From the IMG/VR virus record IMGVR_UViG_3300037780_000034, positions 1-64,000 of that record: DNA of 64,000 nucleotides, one strand, 5' to 3'. Source of the DNA: a virus. Lineage: Duplodnaviria; Caudoviricetes. The notes beneath the pieces were generated by a model. It had not been told where the DNA came from, did not search any database, and saw nothing but the letters and a program-made list of their open reading frames with translations. The position numbers and the translations under genes are program-made. Shown in pieces: positions 46,302-56,988 of this stretch (positions within the stretch are counted from its first letter, which is position 1; each line of letters opens with the position of its first letter).

Positions 46302-47285
46302 ATGGCAACACTAGCAGAAATTAGAAAAAACCTTCTTGAACAAGAAAACAAAAATAAGAATAATTCAGGAGGTTATTCCGACAACACAATTTATCCATTC
46401 TGGAACATACCAGAGGGTAGCACTGCAACCCTTCGTTTCCTACCAGATGGCGATGAAGAAAATATATATTTTTGGCGTGAACGTCAAATGATCAAAATAC
46501 CTTTCAGTGGTGTAAAAGGTATGGATGAAACAAAATCAGTAACAGTAACAGTTCCTTGTATGGAAATGTGGAATGAAAAATGTCCAGTTCACGATGAAAT
46601 TCGTCCTTGGTTCAAAGATGCAAGTATGGAAGATATGGCAAGAACTTATTGGAAAAAACGTAGTTATCTTTTCCAAGGATTTGTCGTAGATTCACTATAT
46701 AAAGAAGATACACCACCAGAAAATCCAATTCGCAGATTTATAATTGGTGCAGAAATCTTTAACATAATTAAAGCTGCACTAATGGACCCAGACTTTGATG
46801 AAATTCCTACTGATTTTGAAGGCGGAACTGATTTTCGTGTTACAAAAACACAAAAAGGTCAATATGCAAGTTATTCAACTTCATCTTGGGCACGTAGGTC
46901 TCGCAGTCTATCACAAGAAGAAAGAAATAACATTGATCAATTTGGTTTGTTTAATCTAAACGATTTTCTTCCAAAAAAACCAGGAGAAGAAGAGTTAAAA
47001 GCTATTTTTCAAATGTTTGAAGATAGCGTTGAAGGCCAACTATATGACCCAGAAAAATATTCTAAATTTTATAAACCATCTGGGGTAGAGTTAGATAATA
47101 ATTCATCACCAACAGCAACAGAAGAACAAGAAAGTATTAAACCTTCAACTTCAAAACAAAAAGTCAAAGAAGTTACAGAAGTTACAGAAGTTGCTGATAA
47201 TGACGAAACTGAAAAATCTTCAAAAACAAAGTCTGCACAAGATGTATTGGCAATGATTCGTAACAGAAACACCACTGCACAATAA
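46302..47285 (+). CDS. gp32: single-stranded DNA-binding protein
   Basis: LRFLPDGD..N..FW, VPC.EMW..KCPV, WKKRSY.FQG, acidic tail. Confidence 0.9.
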   Translation: MATLAEIRKNLLEQENKNKNNSGGYSDNTIYPFWNIPEGSTATLRFLPDGDEENIYFWRERQMIKIPFSGVKGMDETKSVTVTVPCMEMWNEKCPVHDEIRPWFKDASMEDMARTYWKKRSYLFQGFVVDSLYKEDTPPENPIRRFIIGAEIFNIIKAALMDPDFDEIPTDFEGGTDFRVTKTQKGQYASYSTSSWARRSRSLSQEERNNIDQFGLFNLNDFLPKKPGEEELKAIFQMFEDSVEGQLYDPEKYSKFYKPSGVELDNNSSPTATEEQESIKPSTSKQKVKEVTEVTEVADNDETEKSSKTKSAQDVLAMIRNRNTTAQ

Positions 47286-47310
47286 AATTATCTTTAAAAC
47301 TATAAACATA

Positions 47311-47336
47311 TTAGGAGCAGTTTATATTGCTCCTAA
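47311..47336 (+). terminator. hairpin terminator
   Basis: TTAGGAGCA / TGCTCCTAA followed by T-rich tract. Confidence 0.65.
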
Positions 47337-47359
47337 CTTTTAATTATTTGGAGAAAAAT

Positions 47360-48451
47360 ATGGTAAAACCATTTGACGTGTCAAAATTTAGAAAAAATAT
47401 AACAAAAAGTGTTCCGGGTATGAGTGCAGGATTTCGTGATCCAAAAGTGTGGATTTCTACTGGAAATTATGTATTAAACAAATTAATAAGTGGAGACTTT
47501 TATAAAGGTATTCCACTCGGAAAAGTTTCTGTTTTTTCTGGTGAGTCAGGTGCGGGAAAGTCGTATATGGCAAGTGGCAATATTATTAAACACGCACAAG
47601 AACAAGATATATATTGCATTCTCATAGATACAGAAAACGCACTGGATGAATCTTGGCTAAAGGCATTGGGTGTTGACACAAGTGAAGATAAACTATTAAA
47701 ATTAAATATGGCAATGATAGACGATGTTGCTAAAATAATCAGTGACTTTGTAAAAAGCTATAAAGAAGATTATGGCGACAAACCAGAAGATGAAAGACCA
47801 AAAGTATTGTTTGTTATTGATAGTATCGGTATGTTAATGACACCTACAGATGTTGATCAATTTAATAAGGGTGACTTAAAAGGGGATATGGGCCGCCGCC
47901 CTCGTGCATTGAAAGCATTAGTTACTAATTGTGTTAATATGTTTGGAGAATACGATATTGGTATGGTGGCGACTAACCATAGTTATGAAAGTCAAGATAT
48001 GTTTAATCCCGATCCAAAAATGTCTGGCGGAAGTGGATTTCAGTATGCCAGTAGTATACTCATAATGTTAAATAAATTAAAATTAAAAGTAGATGAAAAA
48101 GGAACTAAAACATCTGCCGTTCACGGTATTCGTGCAGTATGCAAAGTAATCAAAACACGTTATGCAAAACCATTTGAAAAAGTTGAATTAGAAATTCCAT
48201 ATTCAACTGGACTTGATCCATATAGCGGAATGTTTTCTTATTCACTTAGTAAAGGTGTTTTATCTAAAACAGGAAATAAGTATGAATATATTGATAAAAA
48301 TGGAGAGGTTCATAAATATTTTCAAAAAGAATATGACAAAAATACTAATGGTATACTTGATTTAATACTTTCTGAATGGGATGAACAATATGACACAAGA
48401 GAACAAGATTTATCAGCAGAACAAGAATACCCTGATACAAATGATAAATGA
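47360..48451 (+). CDS. uvsX: RecA-like recombinase
   Basis: STGNY.LN..ISG, GESGAGKS, IDTENALD, VIDS.GM; start reassigned to MVKPF. Confidence 0.95.
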   Translation: MVKPFDVSKFRKNITKSVPGMSAGFRDPKVWISTGNYVLNKLISGDFYKGIPLGKVSVFSGESGAGKSYMASGNIIKHAQEQDIYCILIDTENALDESWLKALGVDTSEDKLLKLNMAMIDDVAKIISDFVKSYKEDYGDKPEDERPKVLFVIDSIGMLMTPTDVDQFNKGDLKGDMGRRPRALKALVTNCVNMFGEYDIGMVATNHSYESQDMFNPDPKMSGGSGFQYASSILIMLNKLKLKVDEKGTKTSAVHGIRAVCKVIKTRYAKPFEKVELEIPYSTGLDPYSGMFSYSLSKGVLSKTGNKYEYIDKNGEVHKYFQKEYDKNTNGILDLILSEWDEQYDTREQDLSAEQEYPDTNDK

Positions 48452-50168
48452 CGCCAATGGCGTCATTCCTAATAGAATAATATTAAACTGTCATCATCCT
48501 GAAATTTTATCAGAAATAGAAAAAAATTGGCCAACAGAGTTGACACCAAAAAGATTTTCAGAAAAGGTGTATCACTATTTGTTTCCAGAAAAAACAATAT
48601 GTGATTACGGAAATCACAAAACTTTTGAAAGTTATAACAAAGGTTATTTTTTTTGCCAAAAGCATTGTAATTGTGCAAAAGAATCCAGAAAGAAAACAAT
48701 GATTGAAAGATATGGAACGGAATATCCGTTACAATCTGAAACATTAAAAGAAAAATTTAAAAATACTCTAGTTGAACGATATGGTGTTGATAATATAAAT
48801 GCAATGACTATAGAAAAACGTGAAACAACAAATTTGAAAAAATATGGTGTCAAATATCCTTTACAATCTAACGAAATTCTTTTAAAAATTGAAAAAACAA
48901 ATGTAGAAAAATATGGTATAAAATATCCATTTCAAGATAAAGAAATTCAAGAAAAGATAAAACAAACTATTTTAGAAAAATATGGTGTATCTACTGTGTT
49001 GGTATTAGAGGAAAATCAAAAAAAATCAAAAAAAGTAATAAACGAAAAATATGGGTCAAATAGTTCATTTTCTTCATTAGAAGTTCAAAACAAAAGAAAA
49101 GAAACTTTGTTAAAAAAATATGGAGTAAGCCATCAATCACAAATACATATTGACCCAATTAAAGTAAATGAACTAAATGATGAAACAAAATTCATAGAAA
49201 TATATAATTCATTTGAACGAGTTAGTGAAATTATGAAATATTTCGGAGTTGGTGAAACCACTATTCATCAACGAGCAAAAAAACTTGGACTTCCTTTAAA
49301 GTATAATACTATTTCTAATGAAGAAGCAGAATTAGTAGATTTTTTATCTAATTATACTATTGTAGAACAGAGTAGGCGTGATATAATTTCTCCTAAAGAA
49401 ATAGATATTTGGCTACCTGAATATAATATTGGAATAGAATATGATGGACTTTATTACCACAGCACAAAAAATGATAGAATTACACCTACATATCATTTAA
49501 AGAAAACAGAAAATGCTAACTGCTTAGGACATAGACTAATACATATTTTTTCAGATGAGTGGATATATAAAAAAGATATTGTTAAAAGTAGATTGTTAAA
49601 TATATTGAACAAAACTGAAAACATTATATATGCAAGAAATACTAAAATAAGAAATTTGAATAATTTACAAAGCAAATCTTTTTTAGAACAAAATCATATA
49701 CAAGGAAATTGCAATTCACATCACAAATATGGATTGTTTTATAATGACGAATTAGTTTCTGTTATGACGTTTGGGGTTCCTCGTTTTAACAAAAACTATG
49801 ATTGGGAATTATTAAGATTCTGTAATAAAACCAATTTTTCTGTCGTTGGCGGTGCCAGTAAACTATTAAATCACTTTATAAAAAATCATAATTCATCAAT
49901 AATATCATATGCAGACCGTAGATGGAGTGATGGAAATTTATATAACCAGCTTGGATTTGTGTTTTTACATAATTCAACTCCAAATTATTATTATATTATC
50001 GGAACAAAAAGAGAAAGTAGAAACAAATATCAAAAACACAAATTAAAAAAACTTTTACCGATATATGATTCATTATTATCGGAAAAGATAAATATGGAAA
50101 ACAATGGTTACTACAGAATTTATGATTGTGGCAATTCTGTATGGGAATATAGAAATAAGGAAAATTAA
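48441..50168 (+). CDS. free-standing Hef-like endonuclease with KYG repeats
   Basis: T.LEKYG repeats; EIDIWLPEYNIGIEYDGLYYHS; LIHIFSDEW; ELLRFC..VVGGASKL. Confidence 0.75.
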   Translation: MINDANGVIPNRIILNCHHPEILSEIEKNWPTELTPKRFSEKVYHYLFPEKTICDYGNHKTFESYNKGYFFCQKHCNCAKESRKKTMIERYGTEYPLQSETLKEKFKNTLVERYGVDNINAMTIEKRETTNLKKYGVKYPLQSNEILLKIEKTNVEKYGIKYPFQDKEIQEKIKQTILEKYGVSTVLVLEENQKKSKKVINEKYGSNSSFSSLEVQNKRKETLLKKYGVSHQSQIHIDPIKVNELNDETKFIEIYNSFERVSEIMKYFGVGETTIHQRAKKLGLPLKYNTISNEEAELVDFLSNYTIVEQSRRDIISPKEIDIWLPEYNIGIEYDGLYYHSTKNDRITPTYHLKKTENANCLGHRLIHIFSDEWIYKKDIVKSRLLNILNKTENIIYARNTKIRNLNNLQSKSFLEQNHIQGNCNSHHKYGLFYNDELVSVMTFGVPRFNKNYDWELLRFCNKTNFSVVGGASKLLNHFIKNHNSSIISYADRRWSDGNLYNQLGFVFLHNSTPNYYYIIGTKRESRNKYQKHKLKKLLPIYDSLLSEKINMENNGYYRIYDCGNSVWEYRNKEN

Positions 50169-50169
50169 A

Positions 50170-50403
50170 ATGGAAAAAATTGAAATGATTTTAGAAATAT
50201 GGGATTTAATGAAATCAAACGTAAGTTCCAAAGATAGAACTATAATTGCAGAAAAATATTTGGAAATTGTTTCCAACTATGATATTGAAATAGAAAAATT
50301 TAAAGATGATTTTTCTGATCATTGCACTATACTTGCATCTGTAATAAGAGAAAATTATGAAGATAGCTATTATGATGAGTATGAAGAAGATTATGAGGAA
50401 TAA
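50170..50403 (+). CDS. small acidic conserved protein
   Basis: Start reassigned to MEKIE. Confidence 0.65.
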   Translation: MEKIEMILEIWDLMKSNVSSKDRTIIAEKYLEIVSNYDIEIEKFKDDFSDHCTILASVIRENYEDSYYDEYEEDYEE

Positions 50404-50405
50404 TT

Positions 50406-50864
50406 ATGTCCGGTTGGCTAACCAAAGTAAGAGAAGATACTACTAATATAGTAAACGCTATATCATATTATGAAAAACAAATTCAAGAAGGCAGAAAAGA
50501 ATTATCTTTAAAAGGTGTGTTGGAAAAGCACGCAAGAGATATGCCAGGAATTGTTGAGTATAGATTTTATCAACTTCAAGAGATAGAATCTATACTTGAA
50601 TATCTTAATATAGAGTTAAAAAAATTAAGAAGTAAAGAATTTAAAAAGTTTATAGAAAATTATAATCGTCAACTTTCCAGTCGTGACGCAGAGAGATATG
50701 TTGATGGTGTAGATGAGGTAGTAAATATGCATCATCTTATTAACGAGTTTTCTTTAATAAGAAATCAGATGCAAGGAATTATTAAAGCGTTAGATCAACG
50801 TTCTTTTTCTATCAATAATATAATAAAATTAAGAGTTGCAGGATTAGAAGATATAGAGTTGTAA
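50406..50864 (+). CDS. uvsY: recombination mediator
   Basis: YRFYQLQEIE.ILE, Y.RQLSSRDAERYVDG, IIKLRVAGLED. Confidence 0.8.
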   Translation: MSGWLTKVREDTTNIVNAISYYEKQIQEGRKELSLKGVLEKHARDMPGIVEYRFYQLQEIESILEYLNIELKKLRSKEFKKFIENYNRQLSSRDAERYVDGVDEVVNMHHLINEFSLIRNQMQGIIKALDQRSFSINNIIKLRVAGLEDIEL

Positions 50865-50927
50865 ATCTGCTTGACACCTTATGCGATCTTGTGTAGTGTA
50901 TAATCCAAAATACAGGATGGCAGTAAG

Positions 50928-51644
50928 ATGAAAGATTTTACATTACCTACAAGCGCAAACACATATTCAATTCAAAATTACAAATATGTTTCTAAGGTTC
51001 ACGCAATAATGTTGGCCTTCAACTTGTATAACATACATGGTGAACAAAATAATTTAATAAAATTTGATATAGTTCATTATTTGTTTGAACCCAAATACAC
51101 AATGGTCAATTCCAGCATACCAATATTATGCAGTAAAAAGATCACAAAAATTCCAGATATTGTAGATTTTATTAAATTTGGTTTACTTGTTAAAGTAATT
51201 GAAGATAGTCTTAGTTCATATGAAAAAGCATTACATAATTTTCTTGAAAAAATGGACGATCACGTAAATCCTCGTGATCTTGGTATTATTTCTTCTATTC
51301 CAAAATATTATTATCAACTTAAAGAACGTGAATACTTTGATGGTATAATTGAAACAGTAAAAAATTCAGGAAATGAATACTATGGTAGAGTAGGAAATCG
51401 TGAAGATTTTGTATTGACTTTAGTTTCAAAAAGACTTGCAAATTCTGCTACATATAATAAATTTTGGGTGATAAATGCGTTAAACAGTGAAAATAAGTTG
51501 TTTACTTATTTTGACTCACGCGATGTTATTAAAAACGTAGAAGTTAAAAATAATTTTAAAATAAGAGCAACAATTAAAAAACATAACTTTTCTACATTTT
51601 TGAAATGTAAAGAAACACAGTTAACAAGAATCTCGTATGTCTGA
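50928..51644 (+). CDS. hypothetical protein, possible C-terminal OB fold
   Basis: TTGACA-N17-TAGTGT upstream; IRATIKKH..KETQLTRI. Confidence 0.6.
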   Translation: MKDFTLPTSANTYSIQNYKYVSKVHAIMLAFNLYNIHGEQNNLIKFDIVHYLFEPKYTMVNSSIPILCSKKITKIPDIVDFIKFGLLVKVIEDSLSSYEKALHNFLEKMDDHVNPRDLGIISSIPKYYYQLKEREYFDGIIETVKNSGNEYYGRVGNREDFVLTLVSKRLANSATYNKFWVINALNSENKLFTYFDSRDVIKNVEVKNNFKIRATIKKHNFSTFLKCKETQLTRISYV

Positions 51645-51735
51645 CTTTTTTGTAGATTCTTGTTGACACGGTGCCTGATTATCCTTATAAAGGTGTCAGT
51701 AACCAAGACAACACTCCTTAAGGAAGGAATCACAA

Positions 51736-52785
51736 ATGACAAAAGTCCTCGTAAAGTCTGGCTATGTCCGCAAGATTCAGGTTGAAAATATGACTTTCAA
51801 GATGATCAGCGGCATCAAGTCCGGTGCAAGCGGAATGTGGATTACGGTTGATCCCAAATCTGCACAAGGTGAGAATTCGCATCTTATTCACGAACTGAAT
51901 GCCAACGTGATTCGTGTCAAGATCGACTCCAAATCTTCATTTGAATTTATCGGTGATGCTGGCGGGTTTGATGGTTCTGATATGTCAGATGAAACCGATA
52001 TGGAACCCGTCACTCCGGAAACAGATGAAGAAATTATGACCCGTATTCGCACACGGTTCTCTATTCTGGATGATATGACGAATGCAGCCGTTGATGGTCT
52101 TATCAAAGGGCTTGTTGTATCTGGACCTCCAGGCGTTGGCAAGACATACGGCATCGAAAAAATCCTTGAGAAAGCTGAAATGCACGCGGTAATCACAAAT
52201 TCTAAGGCAAAGTATGGGGTAGAACGTGGTTCTGCAACTCCTATCTCGCTCTATAAGTTGCTGTATGAATACAGCGAAGAAAATAGCGTTCTCGTTCTGG
52301 ATGACAGCGATTCTATTTTGTATGATGAAGTCTCGCTGAACCTTTTGAAAGCTGTTCTTGACAGCGGGAAAAAGCGTCGTGTAGCGTGGCGTAGCGAAAC
52401 GCGGGCACTTGAACGTGATGGCGTTCCGGATACGTTTGAATTCAAGGGCAGCGTTGTGTTCATCACTAACCTGAAACTTGAAGACACACGCGGAAAAATT
52501 GGTGATCATATGAAGGCACTTCTGTCACGGTGCCATTACATTGATCTTGAAATCAACAATACCCGTGAAAAGTTTCTTCGCTGTAAGCAAATCATCAAGG
52601 ATGGGATGCTTATCAACAAAGGATTCACATACGAACAACAGAATGAACTCCTTGAATTCATTTATGATAACAAGGACAAATTTCGTGAACTTTCCCTTCG
52701 TATGGTGTCCAAGGTCTCTGACCTTTATAAAATGTCGCCGCAACGCTGGAAAGAATATGCGGAAAATACCTGTATTCGTCGGTAA
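51736..52785 (+). CDS. AAA+ ATPase
   Basis: VSGPPGVGKTYG Walker A; VLVLDDSD Walker B; FITN; ALLSR. Confidence 0.85.
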   Translation: MTKVLVKSGYVRKIQVENMTFKMISGIKSGASGMWITVDPKSAQGENSHLIHELNANVIRVKIDSKSSFEFIGDAGGFDGSDMSDETDMEPVTPETDEEIMTRIRTRFSILDDMTNAAVDGLIKGLVVSGPPGVGKTYGIEKILEKAEMHAVITNSKAKYGVERGSATPISLYKLLYEYSEENSVLVLDDSDSILYDEVSLNLLKAVLDSGKKRRVAWRSETRALERDGVPDTFEFKGSVVFITNLKLEDTRGKIGDHMKALLSRCHYIDLEINNTREKFLRCKQIIKDGMLINKGFTYEQQNELLEFIYDNKDKFRELSLRMVSKVSDLYKMSPQRWKEYAENTCIRR

Positions 52786-52800
52786 TTTCCAATAAACATA

Positions 52801-52854
52801 TTGACTTTTCCTTGAAACTATAATATACTTGGGGTTTATAATCCCAAGTATATT
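52801..52854 (+). promoter_or_regulatory. promoter overlapped by terminator-like hairpin
   Basis: TTGACT-N17-TATACT; stem AATATACTTGGG/CCCAAGTATATT. Confidence 0.55.
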
Positions 52855-52869
52855 TTTTTAGGAGAATCA

Positions 52870-54321
52870 ATGAAAATAAAAATAGTATTGAAAGACGAAG
52901 TTAACTGTAGGATAGAAAATTTACCGTTACCAGATAGAAAGTTTCTTTCAAAAAAGTATGCATTAAGGCTTCCATATGCATATCACACCGAAAAATTTAA
53001 GTTGGGTAGGTGGGATGGCAACGTCAACTTTTTTTCGTTAGGTGGCGGAACATATAGCAACATTCTACCAGAAATTTTAAAGTATCTTTCAGAAAAAAAT
53101 TATGAATTTGAACTTGAAGACCATCGTGTTAAACACGATTTCAGTAAAATAGAACCAGTCAACGAAAACAGCTTATCCCATATCAAATGGCCAGTGGGTC
53201 ATCCTCACGAGGGTCAGCCGGTTACTCTGCGTGATTACCAAGTCAATGCAATCAATATGTTTATCAACAACACTCAGGCATTGCAAGAATTATCTACATC
53301 AAGTGGAAAAACTATTATAACTGCAACTCTTTCTAAGCTTGTTGAACCGTATGGGAAAAGTATTGTAATTGTCCCAAATAAAAGTCTGGTAGAACAAACA
53401 CTGGAAGACTATGAAAATATTGGTCTTGATGTTGGTGTATATTATGGTGACAGGAAAGATTTAGACAAAACACATACAATATGCACTTGGCAAAGCTTAG
53501 AGGCTATGGAACGTCAGATGCGTGCAGAGAAACGCAAGGACGGACTAAAAGAGTTTTCCAAGGGTATCATTGCAGTAATTGTAGACGAAGCACACGGTGC
53601 TTCTGCCGACATATTGAAACGTATTCTTACCGGACCATTTGCAAACGTTCCTTTAAGATGGGGATTGACTGGCACAATCCCAAAAGACGATGTTTCCAGA
53701 ATGAGTTTAAAAATAAACCTCGGGGAAGTTGTAAACAAAGTAAAAGCATCTGAGTTACAGGATAAAGGTGTTCTGTCAAGTTGTAATATAAATGTGTTAC
53801 AGACCCAAGACAACATTGTTTATCAAAATTATCAAAGTGAAATATCTTATTTAACAACCAACACTAAACGAATAGAATGGATGGCATCACAGATAATAGA
53901 AATATGTAAGTCTGGAAATACCCTTATATTAGTAGATAAGCTTAAAACAGGGAATGAATTAAAAAAATTAATTCCAGATAGTGTATTCTTAAGTGGAAAA
54001 GATAAACAAAAAGATAGAAAAGCAGAATATAAAAGTATTAATCATAGTGAAAACAAACCATTAATAGCTACATTCGGTATTGCATCAACGGGTATTTCTA
54101 TTACAAAATTACACAATGTAGTATTAATAGAACCAGGAAAAAGTTTTGTTAGAACTATACAAAGCATTGGTAGAGGATTGCGAAAAGGATTCGACAAAGA
54201 TCATGTAGAAATATGGGACATATGTTCAGATTCAAAATACAGTAAAAAACATTTAACAGAAAGAAAAAAATACTATCGTGAAGCTGGATATAGCTTTAAA
54301 GTTAATAAAATTACTTATTAA
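52870..54321 (+). CDS. uvsW: SF2 DNA helicase
   Basis: LRDYQ, STSSGKT, VDEAH, GLTGT, STGISI, QSIGRGLR. Confidence 0.9.
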   Translation: MKIKIVLKDEVNCRIENLPLPDRKFLSKKYALRLPYAYHTEKFKLGRWDGNVNFFSLGGGTYSNILPEILKYLSEKNYEFELEDHRVKHDFSKIEPVNENSLSHIKWPVGHPHEGQPVTLRDYQVNAINMFINNTQALQELSTSSGKTIITATLSKLVEPYGKSIVIVPNKSLVEQTLEDYENIGLDVGVYYGDRKDLDKTHTICTWQSLEAMERQMRAEKRKDGLKEFSKGIIAVIVDEAHGASADILKRILTGPFANVPLRWGLTGTIPKDDVSRMSLKINLGEVVNKVKASELQDKGVLSSCNINVLQTQDNIVYQNYQSEISYLTTNTKRIEWMASQIIEICKSGNTLILVDKLKTGNELKKLIPDSVFLSGKDKQKDRKAEYKSINHSENKPLIATFGIASTGISITKLHNVVLIEPGKSFVRTIQSIGRGLRKGFDKDHVEIWDICSDSKYSKKHLTERKKYYREAGYSFKVNKITY

Positions 54322-54359
54322 ATAGTAAGTAAAAATATAAAAATTATAAAGGATAATAA

Positions 54360-54860
54360 ATGAATATACTAACGCTAGAAAATGAATTATATGACATAGA
54401 TTTTGTTCCAGAAGAAATTGATGATCTACGATATTCTGTTCTTGACTACAGTAATAAGAATGATGTAGACTATACATTCCAGTCATTGGTTTTTTTAGAA
54501 ATATTTTCTGCACCAGCGGCTGTATTACAAATAGGTAAAAACATAATTAAAGTTCCATTAGATTGGAATATTATTGTAGGAGACGATAACATAGTTGATC
54601 CAGAGATTGTTCCAGTATCATCATTGACAACACGAGGATTTAAGGCATTCTCTTTTAATCCTCTTTCCAGTGTGTTACCATCTTATCCAGAAATAAAATT
54701 AGTGAATATATACAAACAAATGAAATGGTATTCTCCGAAATTAAAGTATGGACACTTTTTGACTACTCCTATACAAAAATCAAAAAATCCGGATTGTGTT
54801 TTCTTTATCAAAGAAATTACAAAAATCCCAGAAATTTTAAATTGCAAAGATTTATGGTAA
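54360..54860 (+). CDS. conserved hypothetical protein
   Basis: ORF in replication block. Confidence 0.7.
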   Translation: MNILTLENELYDIDFVPEEIDDLRYSVLDYSNKNDVDYTFQSLVFLEIFSAPAAVLQIGKNIIKVPLDWNIIVGDDNIVDPEIVPVSSLTTRGFKAFSFNPLSSVLPSYPEIKLVNIYKQMKWYSPKLKYGHFLTTPIQKSKNPDCVFFIKEITKIPEILNCKDLW

Positions 54861-54864
54861 AAAA

Positions 54865-55332
54865 ATGAAAAAATCTAAATTAGATATTAAACAGGTTATG
54901 AATGCCATTGATAAAAAAGATGTAGAATGGTATAAAAACTTAACGGATGAAGAAAAATCTCAAGTAACACCTTGGCAACTTATGCGTTTTTTAAGTAGTG
55001 CTGACAACAAAAATAAAAAAATTGTAGAATACTATTTGGAATTAACAAACGAGTTAGTTAATTTAGATTTTAATATTTTAAGAAATCATCCTGAATTACA
55101 AATAAGATTAATGCAAGCAATAGGATTAGGAATTAATATGTTTCATCCTTGGATACCTCCTGCAAAAAAAGAAAAAAAAGACAAAATTCACGAATTCTTA
55201 GAGTTGATTTTTCCAGACTGTAATTTTGACGAATTGGAAATAATTAAAACCAAAAACAATAAAGAAGACTTAATAGAACTTGCAAAGCTTTATGGATTAG
55301 ATGATAAACAAATAGCAGAGATTTTTAAATAA
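54865..55332 (+). CDS. clamp-loader small subunit-like (gp62-like)
   Basis: DIKQVMNAID.KD, PWQLMRFLS; context. Confidence 0.5.
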   Translation: MKKSKLDIKQVMNAIDKKDVEWYKNLTDEEKSQVTPWQLMRFLSSADNKNKKIVEYYLELTNELVNLDFNILRNHPELQIRLMQAIGLGINMFHPWIPPAKKEKKDKIHEFLELIFPDCNFDELEIIKTKNNKEDLIELAKLYGLDDKQIAEIFK

Positions 55333-55994
55333 TGTTTACTTGTGATTTTTGTAATAAAACGTTTAAACGCGAAACTACAATGTTTAAACATATGTGTAAA
55401 AAGAAGCAAAGATATGTGAATAAAAATTCAAAAGAAAGTCAAGCAGGATATTTAACATACTTATATTGGTATTCAAGATCATATGGAAAGAAAGTTTCAT
55501 CAAAAACGTTTGATAACTTTATTAACAGTTCTATATATAATGATTTCTTTGATTTTGGAAAATATATTGTTGATTCCAAGATTAACAATTGGGAAAAATA
55601 TGTAGATTGGTTAATTAAAAATAAAATTCCTATTAAAAAATGGAATAAAGATTCTACATATTATACCTTTAATGATGAATTATTAAAAACAGAAAGTGTG
55701 TCACGTGCACTTGAACGTTATGTATTATTTTTACAAGAGTGGGAAGAAAAAACAAACACAAGATGGGATATGTTTTGGAAAACAGAAAATGAATTTGCAA
55801 TTATAAATTATATAAAAGAAGGGAAAATAAGTCCTTGGATATTGTTTTCTTCAAGTGATGCTATTGATTTTGTTAATACGATACCAGATGAATTGATTAT
55901 TGAAATACACAAATCTATTGATCTTTCATATTGGAATAATAAAATATCAAAAAGAAAAGAGGATTTAGAATGGGCGAAATCACTGTTAAAATAA
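55332..55994 (+). CDS. C2H2-type zinc finger protein
   Basis: FTCDFCNKTFKRETTMFKHMC. Confidence 0.65.
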   Translation: MFTCDFCNKTFKRETTMFKHMCKKKQRYVNKNSKESQAGYLTYLYWYSRSYGKKVSSKTFDNFINSSIYNDFFDFGKYIVDSKINNWEKYVDWLIKNKIPIKKWNKDSTYYTFNDELLKTESVSRALERYVLFLQEWEEKTNTRWDMFWKTENEFAIINYIKEGKISPWILFSSSDAIDFVNTIPDELIIEIHKSIDLSYWNNKISKRKEDLEWAKSLLK

Positions 55995-56563
55995 CAACAA
56001 CTGATGTAGACATAGACACTTCTGATAGAAATAAAGTATTAGAATTATTTGAATATACTAATGCATCTATAGTAAAAAACAAAACTTATAAAAAACATAA
56101 CACTGGCGTATATTTCCATCAAGTTCCAATAAATCCATATAACAATTTATGTAGTATAGATTATGAAGAAGCAGAAAAAAATGGCTTTTTTAAAATTGAT
56201 ATTTTGAATGTTAATATATATAAAGATATAAAATCAGAAGAACATTTATTAAAATTAATGAATACTGAACCAATATGGGAATTGTTAGAAGAAGAAGAAT
56301 TTTGTGATATTCTGTTTCACATGAAAGGACACCATTCAGTTTGTAAAAAAATGAAACCTAAATCAGTAACACAATTAGCTGCTGTTTTGGCAATGATAAG
56401 ACCATCTAAAAGGTATTTAATAGGAAAAGATTGGAACACAGTTTTTTCTGAAATTTGGGAAAAACCAAAAGATAATAGCTATTACTTCAAAAAAAGTCAC
56501 GCACATAGTTACAGTATTGCCGTAGTTGTTCATATGAATTTATTGTGTGAACAGCTTATTTAA
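55970..56563 (+). CDS. miniature DnaE (Pol III alpha)-like protein
   Basis: DVDID, KHNTGVY, GFFKIDIL, LAAVLAMIRP, YYFKKSHAHSY. Confidence 0.75.
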   Translation: MGEITVKITTTDVDIDTSDRNKVLELFEYTNASIVKNKTYKKHNTGVYFHQVPINPYNNLCSIDYEEAEKNGFFKIDILNVNIYKDIKSEEHLLKLMNTEPIWELLEEEEFCDILFHMKGHHSVCKKMKPKSVTQLAAVLAMIRPSKRYLIGKDWNTVFSEIWEKPKDNSYYFKKSHAHSYSIAVVVHMNLLCEQLI

Positions 56564-56948
56564 CTTTTTTAATTAATTGAACATTTTTCTTCTTTGATCT
56601 TGTTTTTAACAAATCACGAATTCTTACGGTTGGACCAGAAACAAATTCAAGATTTTTATTAGAAAATGTAATAAGGCAATATTCAAACATATCAAATCTT
56701 TTTCCAATGACAATATTAATAGGAAGTTGTCTATTTGTTTCCCACCACCATTCAGTTGCTAACTTAATAAAATACTTTTTTTCTTCTTCTGTTTTAATAT
56801 GTTCGATTGAATACAAACTAGTTATATTAATATCTTCATTTTGTATAATCCCTACATATTCTCGTTGACCGCATCTGACGATTGTAAGAAATGGAAAGTT
56901 TTGCAGTAAATCATTATTATCATTCATTATTATATTAATCCTTTTCAT
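56556..56948 (-). CDS. conserved hypothetical protein
   Basis: PFLT..GQREYVGIIQN; WWWETNRQLPINI. Confidence 0.7.
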   Translation of the reverse strand: MKRINIIMNDNNDLLQNFPFLTIVRCGQREYVGIIQNEDINITSLYSIEHIKTEEEKKYFIKLATEWWWETNRQLPINIVIGKRFDMFEYCLITFSNKNLEFVSGPTVRIRDLLKTRSKKKNVQLIKKVK

Positions 56949-56953
56949 TTCTT

Positions 56954-56965
56954 TATTTATAAATA
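56954..56965. promoter_or_regulatory. palindromic bidirectional late promoter
   Basis: TATTTATAAATA between divergent genes. Confidence 0.7.
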
Positions 56966-56988
56966 TAAGTATTAGGAGTTTATGTTAT

